Positions 52,869-64,000 of a DNA stretch of 64,000 nt are shown here, piece by piece; position 1 is the first letter of the stretch, and each line of letters starts with the position of its first letter. Location: NCBI GenBank assembly GCA_964016885.1, contig OZ024741.1, forward strand, positions 270,258,001 to 270,322,000, in the 5' to 3' direction. Made by a program: the position numbers and the translations under genes. This DNA comes from Eledone cirrhosa (lineage: Eukaryota). The notes under the pieces are model-generated. The model was not told the DNA's origin. It searched no databases and was given only the letters and a program-made list of their open reading frames with translations.

Positions 52869-52984
52869 TTACACACACAGAAGTTGTGAAGGTATGTGGC
52901 TGAGCTCTTGCCGTTTCAGCAGTCAGGAACTAGCTGTTGAAACGGCAAGACCTCAACCGTCGGGTCGGGTCCTGATTCTCTATA

Positions 52985-53045
<61 letters not shown>

Positions 53046-53224
53046 ACCCTTGCAAGCCAGGAAAAGCTGACGTAAAATGATGATGATATATGCGTTTGTG
53101 TGTGTTTACTAATTAAAGGTTGTTAAGACTGGGTTGCTTCACCATAATTGCTTTATTGCATGATATACAGTTCTGGTTTTACATGTGACTTTACCAGATG
53201 CTTTTACAATCATCAGGTGCCGTT

Positions 53225-53970
53225 ATGCAATTATGGGGAGACGTTGCTGGTCATGTATTAGCATCCTGGAATTTGCAGACAACATGGTATTACTTAATTC
53301 GTGAGAAGATGATTTCTGACATGCAGCTGATAGCTTTACTGCTGAGTGCTGCATGGCTGAAGTGAAAATCAATGCTGCGCAGACTGAGACACTCTTCCCT
53401 TCACTGAAGTAGGTGGAGACGTTCAAATATCTCTGGACCATTTTCACGAGTGTTGGAAGGCAAGAGGTTGAATTAAGTGCAAGAATTGCAGCAGCTGGTG
53501 CAGTAATGCACCAGCTTTAGTTTTTGGTAAACAGAAGTAGGGAGGTAGGTGTAAAAGCTAAACTCACTATTTTCAATTCGGTTTTCGTGCCAGCCCTTTC
53601 CTATTGTCATGAATTTTGGAAAATGACTTAAAGAATACAATCGTGAATACCAGTGCCCGAAATAGGGGTCCTCTAAAGGGTCTTTGGCATAACGTTATTT
53701 GATAAAGTGTGTAGCAGAGAGTCACTCGAGGTAGAGCAGCTATTTCTCTGAATTGAGAGATCACAGGTCTGATACTATGGACATGTGGTTGGAAAGAATC
53801 ACTGGACATATACGGGCAAAAGCAACTGGCAGGAGACCCAGAGCAAGATGGTTGGATAACATTCATGAGCTTGGCTAGATCAATTGGAGACAGTTGCTTC
53901 TGACAGGACCAGTTGGAAGGTGTGCTTGAGGATCCCCACGACCCTCACGGGAATAAGTGGTTGAAGAAGA
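53225..53970 (+). pseudogene. Highly degenerate RTE-type RT 3' fragment
   Basis: Recognisable SILEFADNMVLL (YADD region), VETFKYL and RPRARW-like remnants with many stops. Confidence 0.6.
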
Positions 53971-54659
53971 GAGAGATGTGTATATAGATAAGATTTTGTA
54001 CCTGTGTCTTTGTAGTCAGTGGATTTTACAGCAGGTGTCCACAGCTATCTATTTATGCTCATCCACCACTATCTACCTACCTATCTGTCTGTCTATAGCT
54101 ATCCATTTATGTATCTACCTATATTTAGACAATAAAAACAAAGTCACCCATAGACTGTCCACATAGTTGTTGTTAATAGCTATCATAGTTGTTTTTGTTG
54201 TTATTGTAGTGTTAAGGAAAGAACTGTGTGTATGATGACTAATATTACTAATACTGGTTTAAATTAATGTAAAATGAAATACAGCTATGGCCAGAGAAAA
54301 AGGCAGATTGGAAATTACAGTGGTCAAGTGTATTGACAATTGGATGTGTAAAAATTAACAATACAAGACAAAAAAAACATGTTAAGTCTCTTTGTGAGTG
54401 GAAATACAAGTGTAAAAAATGTCATGTTATTCCAATTTTTGTAAATGTTGCTGCTTCAAGCATTTGGAGGTACATAAATTTGAAGTAAATACTTCAAAGC
54501 ATACCTGCAGAAACCTAACATCTCTGATTGTTCATTGAATCTAGTCATTTTGAAATAATATCAATAATCCCTCACTTAAACAGAGCTTGCAACAAAAATT
54601 TAATAACATTATGTCTATATGGGGGTAGCTTAACTAGAGGGTCACCCATTGAATTTTAA

Positions 54660-55280
54660 GCATCATATATATGCAGTGACAAAAGGAGCCATGTGTGAAG
54701 AGTAGGGAGCTTGGTGAATAAACAAAATGCCTTTCTTTGCCAATAAACCTTGGATCAGCTGTGGTAATGTGCTGCAATTGTAGCTGCCAGTTTTGCATAA
54801 GCCACAGATCCACTCTTTTGTGTTGAATTGCATCACAAAGACATCAGAGCACTTCTTGATAGTAGTTACTCCTTTGTAACTGTTTGTCCTTCTGGTATCT
54901 ATTTGTGATGCACAATGCCTCAGTAGTTCCAGAAAACAGTCAGTATCATCTTTATTTTGTTCCACACTGGACATTTTGTTTTTTTGGGGGAGGGAGAGGG
55001 AGTAGCTTAGTGACATTGGCTGTTTCCACTGTTATGACTTTTCCAGGTTGTAGCCTTACACCCACATCTTATCTCCATTTATCACATTATTCAGGAATTC
55101 ATGATATATGTTAGCTGTATCCAGCAGGTCCTGTGCAACTTCACAATGATGTTGTTGTTGTTCCTAAAAACAAACTAGGGCACACTTTGCACATGCACAA
55201 ATCCTCCTTTAAAATTGCATGTGTAGAATATTTACGGTATCCTCAGATGAAATTCGATTTTGTGATACCGTTCTCATAAC
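54660..55280 (-). pseudogene. Degenerate mariner/Tc1 transposase fragment
   Basis: HQAPYSSHMAP resembles the mariner HPPYSPDLAP motif, preceded by LAKKGI; extent approximate. Confidence 0.55.
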
Positions 55281-55540
55281 AACAAAAAAAATGCATGAAT
55301 TACATCTTGATTGCATGGGAGAATCGTTGAAATAATTATAATAAATAAACGATTTATGTAAAATCAGCATCTTTCTTAATGTCCAGGGAGTGTAATTTGG
55401 AGTTACTGTAGGTTCACCCGGATGAGCACTCAATGTTTAGGTTCTCTTCTGTGTTGAGGTGTAGAGCTATACAGAGTGTATTATAGTAAAATAAAATAAA
55501 ACAAGGACGATTGGTTACGCCTTCATTACGTTTATTGGTT

Positions 55541-55625
55541 GGTGACGCGCGTTTCGCCACTGATCAGCTCAAGGTTCGATCTGTATTGATCTAGCTCGAC
55601 TCTGTAATCTGCGGCTCGTCAGACC
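55541..55625 (-). ncRNA. Type I hammerhead ribozyme (GUC site) followed by AATAAA
   Basis: GGT CTGACGA GCC..long stem II..GGC GAAA CGCGCG TC ACC. Confidence 0.8.
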
Positions 55626-56278
55626 CTTACAATGGTAATGGAAAAATGATGATATATATATATATATACACACATACGTTAAAAGACATACATGCTATCA
55701 ATGTTTTGTTTCTGGTGTTGTTATGTAGTTACGTTATCACATTTTAATCTCTGACCGTGAACTAAACAAGTGCTACAGATGACATCACTGGCTTGCTTGG
55801 AACAGTGAAACAGTCTACTGAGAGAGACGAGAGGAGGGGTATTGTGAGGAGAAATGGTGTGTGCTGGTTAGAGAGGGAGACGGGGGTGAGATAGTCTGTG
55901 TGAGGGGGTAGGGAAATAGTGTGTGCTGGTTAGAAAGAGAGACGTGGTGGAAGAAATAGTCTTAGTGAGAGAGGCAGGGTAATAGTGTATGTCTGTTAGA
56001 GAGGGGGAGGAATCAGTATTGTGATAGAGAGAAAGTGTGTTTGCACGTTTGACTAGGGTTAAGGAATTCGTTTGGTATACACGTGGTTCCACGTTCGAAA
56101 CCCCAACCTAGAGGAACTTGGTACAGAGAAATTGCTGAAAAAATCGTCTTGTATGTGTGTCATCATCATCATCGTTTAACGACCATTTTTCCACGCTAAC
56201 ATGGGTGTGTTTATATATATATATACACACACGTGTGTGTATGTGTATATATAATAGACGTGTGTATATAAATGTGTG

Positions 56279-56353
<75 letters not shown>

Positions 56354-57614
56354 ATGTATATATGTGAGACTGTGTGTTGTTTATGTGTATCACAACTGTA
56401 TAGAAGCCATATTTATATGTATTTTATTGCTAAATGTCCCGTAAGTTTACGGTTCGATAAAATAAGTACAAAACTTATAAATTGAAGTCCTTGGGTGTGA
56501 TCGACTAAACACTTGAAGGTGGTGCCACAGTCGCATACCTGGAACCACTGAATGTATATGTGTGAGAGGGAGAGAGAGAATGTGTGTGTGTATTTATACA
56601 CATGTATGTATATACATTTGTGGTAAGATTTATGTATTTATAAATCTAACTACACACATACGTATATATATATATATATTTATATGTGTGTGTGTATAAA
56701 CATATGTATACATATAATTGTGTGTGTGTATTTGTATATTATATATTCTATTTTCATTCATGTATATGTGTAAACGTTTTTTTTTTATGTTTACTCCCAC
56801 ACACACAGAAATACAAGCACAGACAGATACACTCACACATAAACAGACACACACAGTTACAGCCACGCAATGTTTATAAATAGAACGCGTATCCATATGT
56901 AAACTTGAGGGAAATGTGCATGTATGTATGTATATATGTATGTACAGAATGAGTGCTAGGTTGTGTGTATATACAGGTGTATGTATGTATATATATATAT
57001 ATGCGTGTGTATATACATATGCGTGTATGTACAATATGTGCTAGGTTGTGTGTATATGTATATATATATAAGCAAGTGTTCGTGTCTATACAGTACTATA
57101 TACGCCACGTCTATCTATATATGGCGAATGTATATATATATATGTGTGTGTATATACATATATGCGTGTATGTACAATATGTGCTAGGTTGTGTGTATAT
57201 GTATATATATATATAAGCAAGTGTTCGTGTCTATACAGTAGTATATACGCCACGTCTATCTATATATGGCGATTGCCTCTTGTCCCCACCACACCACAAG
57301 TCTGTCCGTAAGCATACACAACACTATAAATCTATCAATTATTTATTAATTTGTATATGTTTGTGCTTAATTATATATCTGCACTAGTTTCTATTCTATA
57401 TATAGTTTCCAGCAACTACACATATACACACACATATATATGTATATTTATATATACACACAGCTAGTCGTATTGATCAAGCACCTCGTATGATACAATG
57501 ATGTGTGCAACTAGCTAGCTTCCGCCAGACGATGCTTTACCAAGTGTGAAACTGTTGACGATCCGAACCAGTTGGGTATATAAATATAAATACCTATATG
57601 CTTGTGTGTGTATA

Positions 57615-57662
<48 letters not shown>

Positions 57663-60131
57663 CACACACACACACACATATATATATACATACACACATA
57701 TATACATACATACACATATATATATATATATATATACATACACATATATATATATATACACATATATATATACACACACACGTACATCTTTTATGAGTAT
57801 ATATTTATAACTATACATACACATTTTTCGATCTATCTATCTAATGTGTGTGTACACACACACACACACACACACATATATGTAAACTATTTACACATGC
57901 ACACACAAAAGCCTCGATATATATATATGTGTGTGTGTGTATGTAAATAATCCCTTTCGTTTGCAGTTAATAGCCTTTCGCACATCAAACCACTTCCTTC
58001 CTATAGATACAAACAGATGCACTTTCATACTTTCATATATACAAAACAAACGTAAACACAAGCAGACTGTCATAATATACACGCCACAGATATCACATAC
58101 TCACACTACACACATATCATACACACTACACAGATATCACATACACCACACTACACCTATGAAAAGCAGAGATTTACGCAATAATACGGAAAATACTGTT
58201 TCTTTGGTTCTTATATATATATATATATATATGTATGTATGAGTGTGTGTATATATATGTGTGTGTATATATACACACACATGTTTACATATGTGTGTGC
58301 GCATATGTTATTGTTATTTGTATATGTATATATAAATATATCAATCTTGTTACGAATGTATTTTGTTAAAAATCCCAAGTCAGATTTATTATCTAGTAGT
58401 TCCAGCTCATAACCTACGAATGTCTTGTTATTAATTATTACACACACACACACACCTATAGATATATTGAGTTGAGTAATGGTCTAACTAGTTTCAAACT
58501 GAATCACTCCTAATTTATATTTATATTCTTTGGGAGGGTCATGTTGCCTTATTGGCAACATGACCCTCCCAAAGTATAACAATATCGGTTTCAACACACG
58601 TTTTCAGATAAAGAATCTTGCTAAACAAATTCAGAAACGATATATATATATATTTCTCTGTTTACATTTATGTCTGCTTGTATATATTAGCTGTGTGTGG
58701 TGTGGTGTGTATATATATATATATTGTGTGTGTTGGCTGTGTTATATATATATTGGTTGTCATGTATATTGTGTGTAGATATTGGTTGTGTTGTGTCGTT
58801 GCTCCGACTGAGGCCATTTCCTTGTTATTGTATATATATAAGGATCTACGTTGTTCACAGACTCTTCCGCTAAGAGGGAGACATGATGTGGTTTTAGGGA
58901 TATTTCAGGTATTTCTCAGAGCTTTGCATACGTATCTATGTGCGCGTGTGTGTACGTATGTATATCTGTGTGAGTAATTATCTATCTTTCTGTATGCCTA
59001 TGTGTATATATATGTGTATATTTGCCTATGTATGTCTGTGTAAATGTCTATGTCTGATTGTTTCTGTATATCTTTGTGTGTGTATATCTGTGTGAGTAAT
59101 TATCTATCTTTCTGTATGCATGTGTGTATATATATGTGTATATTTGTCTATGTATGTCTGTGTAAATGTCTATGTCTGATTGTTTCTGTATATCTTTGTG
59201 TAGTGTATATCTATTTGTGTGTGTGTATCTGTTTGTCTCTGTATGTATATATGTCACTGTATGTATGTCTGCGTGTCTAACTGTTTGTGTATATCTCTGC
59301 GTGTATATATCTGTGTGTATGCGTCTGTCTGCAGTCTAATATATTGGTGAAATATGAGCAACATTAGGTAATATATTCGGACGAAGCCCCCAACGCTATA
59401 ATCTCCAATTATCTTGTATGTCTGTGTTTATATTTTGTCTTTTCTTGAAACTTATCGCTTCATAACCATTACTGAGCGCATACAACTATGGTTGACCTTA
59501 ATTTTTGGTAAACAAATAGATTGTGCATTGTTTGTTTCTATTTACACACACATATATATATGCATGAATGTGTGTATATATGGTTTGTATGTCCGCCGTC
59601 TCTTTCAATTTTTAATCGATTTGAATATCGGAGTAGTCTCCCTTATACATGTCTCTATCTATCTATATATATGTGTAAGAGAGAGATAGTCTCGGGTTCA
59701 ATCGGGGGTAACCACAGTTACTAAGGTACTCAATATATTAGTAGAGTGTAAACATTAAGTTTAATATAGAAATGCCTTCTACGGAACTAGAATGATTTCT
59801 TCTGAATGAAACAGTTCTAGTCCTGTAGAAGTAATTTCTAATGCCTATACTCATATTAAGTACCTTTTTAAACTGTGGTTAGCCCCCCCCCCCCCCCCCA
59901 CTCCCGACAAAACTCAAGATTATATATATATATATAGTAAAAAAATGGGAGATTATATCAGTAGTAGGTAGAGCACTCGGTCCAAAGGACGAGTCCGATA
60001 TAGAGTTAGTTCCACTATATATATATATATATATTATATATATTTAATATATTATATATATATATATATTATATATTATATTATATTATTTATATATATA
60101 TAAATGGAAACTATATTTATAAAACCATATT

Positions 60132-60193
60132 TATTCTATTATATATATTTCAAGGGTGCCAAAAACTTTGGTACGCTTTCATCAGATAAAATA
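60132..60193 (-). ncRNA. Hammerhead family B (intact core)
   Basis: TATTTTAT CTGATGA AAGCGTACCAAA.. GAAA TATATA TA ATAGAATA. Confidence 0.75.
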
Positions 60194-60327
60194 CAAAGTG
60201 TGTTTTATAAATTTTGACATAGCCAAGGAACATACCTTATCAGTTGAAGTATTCCTTGTATCCAAGGAATACTTCAACTGATAAACTATCTTCCTTGGTT
60301 ATGTCAAAATTTATAAAACACACTTTG

Positions 60328-60388
60328 TATTTTATCTGACGAAAGCGTACCAAATTTTTGGTAGCCTTGAAATATATATAATAGAATA
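60328..60388 (+). ncRNA. Hammerhead family B (intact core, CTGACGA)
   Basis: Inverted partner of 60132-60193. Confidence 0.75.
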
Positions 60389-60551
60389 AATATGGTTTTA
60401 TAAATATAGTTTCCATTTATTTAATATCCTTGAATGTTTACTCCAGAAATTTCGAGTGCTCTAAATCAGTTATAAACATTTATATTTGTTGAATTACCAA
60501 CAAATTAAATATCCCTTCTGCTTATATATATATTTATATATATATATATAT

Positions 60552-60722
60552 CATCATCATCATCATCTTCGTTTAACGTCCATTTTCCACGCTAGCATGG
60601 GTTAGACGGAAGTTGTCCCGCTTGAGGCAAGGCTGGTCGGGTGACCGTGTCTCGCTCATATAGGACTATCTGGTAGGTTTTCTACGGCTGGATGCCCTTC
60701 CTAACACCAACCACATTTTCAG
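60552..60722 (-). mobile_element. Isolated 3' tail of the RTE-X-like family
   Basis: (CAT)n CGTTTAACGTCCATTTTCCACGCTAGCATGG..GGATGCCCTTCCTAACACC matches the LINE 3' UTR. Confidence 0.8.
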
Positions 60723-60761
60723 TATATATATATATATATATATACACATACAAATATAAAT

Positions 60762-63296
60762 ATCATCATCATCGTTTAACGTCTATCTTCCACGCTAGCA
60801 TGGGTTTAGACAGGAATTGTCCACCTTGAGGCAAAATTGGTCGGGTGATCGTGTCTCGCACGTATAGGACTGTCTGCCAGGTTGTCTATGGCTGGATGCC
60901 CTTCCTATCACCAACCACGTTTACAGTGTGGACTGGGAGGTTTTTACCGTGTTACCTACACGGCCTCATTACAGCGTGGACTGTGTGTTTTTTGTCGTGA
61001 CACCTATACGACCTCATTTATTTTGGACTGGATGTTGTGGTACCAACATAACTTTACAGAGAGAGGGTGGTGTTGGTGGGGGTTGGAGTAGGGGTAGTGG
61101 GATGGGGGTGTTTATTTGGTTAAGAGGTACCTACTGACTGTAGGTTTCGCTATGTACTTAGGCAAGGCGGGTCTTCTGTATTACTGCATAGTGCCAAAGA
61201 TCTTGGTCATGTGACATTGCCTTAGAGAGGTGCAAGTGTGTAAGGTCAGAATTTATCAGATTGTCCCAGGTTTTTCTGGGTCTACCTACACCGTAACTAC
61301 CATCAATTTTGTTCGCCCTGCACTTTTTTATACAGCTGTTGTCTTTCATGCGCATCACGTGGCCATACCAACGTAGTCTTCTCTCAAGAGTTCATTTATG
61401 CTTTGCCGTTCACGTATATTACTATTACACATCCAACGGAGCATGCTTGCTTTGTTCCTTTCCAGTCTACGCAGGTCCTCTGCACGTAATGCCCATGTCT
61501 CACTGCCATGTAGCTTTGCTGTTCGTATACAAGCATCATACAATCTGCCTTTCATTTTTAGAGAGAAACCTTTTGTGGCCAACAGCGGTATAAGCTCTCT
61601 GACTACTGTACTTTCGGAACACTCCCCACCACTGCTGATTTCGTCACCCAGGTAACGGAAAGTGTCTACTATTTCTATAGAAGGGGCTAGTATCCTGTGG
61701 ACACTTGCTACTTATTGCACCTGAACATCGGCCACATATAAAATCTATGTTCTTAGTTAGCTTACCTGTGATCCCACTACATCTTTTATGTACCCATAGT
61801 TTACATTTGGGACATAAAATGGAATTTCTGCCTACTCCTTTCCTACACACTGAGCAAGGCCATTTCCCTGAGGGTACCTGTGCCTTATTTTCCTTTCTAG
61901 GACTTTAGTCTTAGACAAGTTAACTTTAAGGCCTTTTGATTCTAGGCCATGCTTCCATGTTTGGAATTTCTTTTCTAGTTCAGCCATTGATTCAGCTATG
62001 AGCGTTAGATCATCTGCGTATAGGAGTTCCCATGGGCAGCCGGTCTTGAACTCCTCTGTTATAGCCTGAAGAGCAATAATAAATAGGAGGGGATAAGGAC
62101 AGAGCCTTGGTGAACACCAACTTTTACACTAAATTCTTCACAATATTCATTGTTAATTCTAACCTTACTGACTGTTTCATTATACATAGCTTGTATAGCT
62201 CTCACAAGCCATTCATCTACACCTAGTTTTCTAAGAGCCTACCAGATAATGGAGCGGGGGACTCTGTCAAAGGCTTTTTCCAGGTCTACAAAAGCTAAGT
62301 AGAGGAGTTTACTTTTAGCTAGGTACTTCTCTTGTAGTTGTCGTACAAGGAAAAGAGCGTCTGTGGTACTTTTACCTGACACAAACCCAAACTGCATTTC
62401 ATCTAGATCAATTCGCTCTCTGATTAGTTGCGCTATAACTCTTTCTGTGACCTTCATGACCTGGTCAACTCACTTAATGCCTCTATAGTTTCCTCTATCT
62501 AGAGCATCTCCTTTACCCTTGTAGCAGTTAATGATGATGCTGCTACTCCAGTCTTTTGGTATGACCCCATTCTGTATTACTTGGTTTACTATACGGGTGA
62601 CCATAGTATGTCCCACCATTCCAGATGCCTTCAACATCTCAGCAACTATCTCCGAAGGCCCAGCTGCCTTGCCTGTCTTCATATCTTTGATTGCCTTACT
62701 TATTATACTACCTTTAACTTGCACCGCTGGTCCTTCTATTGGATCAATCTGGGGCAGACTATCTTTTTCACACTTAATAATTCTCCTCATTTAATAGTCT
62801 CTCGTAGTGACACTTCCAGGCTATTTTCTTATCAGCATCAGTGAGGGCAAGTACACCGTTAGCATTACGGACACACTTCTCCCCGACAATATCACGGTTT
62901 TCCTTAACACATTGTCTAGCAGTCCTGAACACCTCGCGTTTTTGGTCCTCACGTTGTAGAACATGCTTGAACTTTCTTTCCTCTGCTTCCCTTTTTGCAA
63001 GGTACACTTGTTTCCTAGCTTTTCTCCTGGCCACTTGATAGTGCTCTCTACTTCCCCCATCCTGGCATACTTTCCAAGCCTTCTTTTGGGCCTTGATTGT
63101 CTCTTCCACCTTCCTGTTCCACCACCAAGTTACTCTCCTCCTGCCAATAGGTCTGCTCCAGCCACAGATTTCATCTGTTGCTTTCAGCAGGTTCACTTTC
63201 AAGAATTGCCACTGTTCCTCTATATCGCACGTCTCTAATTGCTCTTCCTTATTGTCAAAGGCATCAAGTAATAAGCTTTTAAATTTGTCACTGTCT
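60762..63296 (-). mobile_element. Degenerate RTE/RTE-X-like LINE (2.5 kb, many frameshifts) with 3' UTR
   Basis: Consecutive ORF pieces TWWWN, GKAAGPSEI, YKGKGD..NYRGI, QFGF..DLEKAFD, Cys-rich insert, HGSETW, GRPRKTW; (CAT)n tail at about 60762. Confidence 0.9.
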
Positions 63297-63319
63297 ATGG
63301 GGATATATATTTGTATATA

Positions 63320-64000
63320 TCATCATGATGATCATCATCATCGTTTAACGTCCATTTTCCACGCTAGCATAGGTCTGGACGAGAATTGTCCCACTTGAGG
63401 CAAAATTGGTTGTCTTGCTCAGGACTGTCTGGCGGGTTTTCTACGGCTGGATGCCCTTCCTAACACGTTTACAGTGTGAACTGGGAGGTTTTTACCATGT
63501 TACCTACACGGCCACATTACAGCGTGGACTGTGTTTTTTTTTGTCGTGACACCTACACGACCTCATTTATTTAGGACTGGATGTTGTGGTACCAACATAA
63601 TTTTTCAGAGAAAGGGGTGGGGGTAGTGGGATGGGGGTGTATTTTTGGTTATATATCATCATCATCATCATCGTTTAACGTCCATATTCCACGCTTGCAT
63701 GGGTTTGGACGGGAGTTTTCCCACTTGAGGCAAGAGTGGTTGTCTTGCTCGCATAGGACTGCCTGGTGGGTTTTCTACAGCTGGATGCCCTTCCTAACAC
63801 CAACCACATTTACAGTGTGGAACTGGGAGGTTTTTACCATGTTACCTACACGGCCACATTACAGCGTGGACTGTGTGTTTTTTTGTCGTGACACCTACAC
63901 GACCTCATTTGTTTCGGCCAGGATGTTGGTACCAACATAACTTTACATTGAAAGGGGTGGTGTGGATGGGGTGGGGGTGTATTTTGTTAGAGGTGCCTAC
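63320..64000 (-). mobile_element. Two tandem 3' UTR copies of the RTE-X-like family
   Basis: Units starting at about 63320 and 63655, each (CAT)n CGTTTAACGTCC..GGATGCCCTTCC..GTCGTGACACCTACACGACCTC. Confidence 0.8.

Noticed and set aside
56950-57270. ~130-bp local direct duplication (similar ones at 58960-59200 and 3265-3800)
   Set aside because: Ordinary tandem duplications in low-complexity sequence with no functional signal

Overview
AT-rich, repeat-saturated eukaryotic DNA. The SINE/LINE repertoire and huge (TA)n arrays suggest an octopus/cephalopod genome, which is an inference. No host protein-coding gene is supported, and most ORF-track entries are microsatellite artefacts (YI/CV/TH repeats). 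Recognisable content: one apparently intact 1181-aa RTE-clade LINE (APE + RT + three C-terminal C2H2 fingers); truncated RTE, RTE-X-like, CR1, Penelope-like and mariner relics; many tRNA-derived SINEs; non-autonomous Helitrons and MITEs; a 2.7-kb 20-bp minisatellite; a tRNA-Arg(UCU) fragment; and a 200-N gap. The main hidden signal is a dense set of type I hammerhead ribozyme motifs from several distinct sequence families, about 10 with intact cores plus degenerate, half and variant copies. Many have palindromic helix III (TGCGCA, TATATA, TGTACA, CCATGG, CGCGCG, CTAG). Many sit in head-to-head fold-back palindromes with a ribozyme on each strand, which is consistent with non-autonomous Penelope-like/retrozyme elements. 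All ribozyme calls come from manual base-pairing, not from covariance-model searches.
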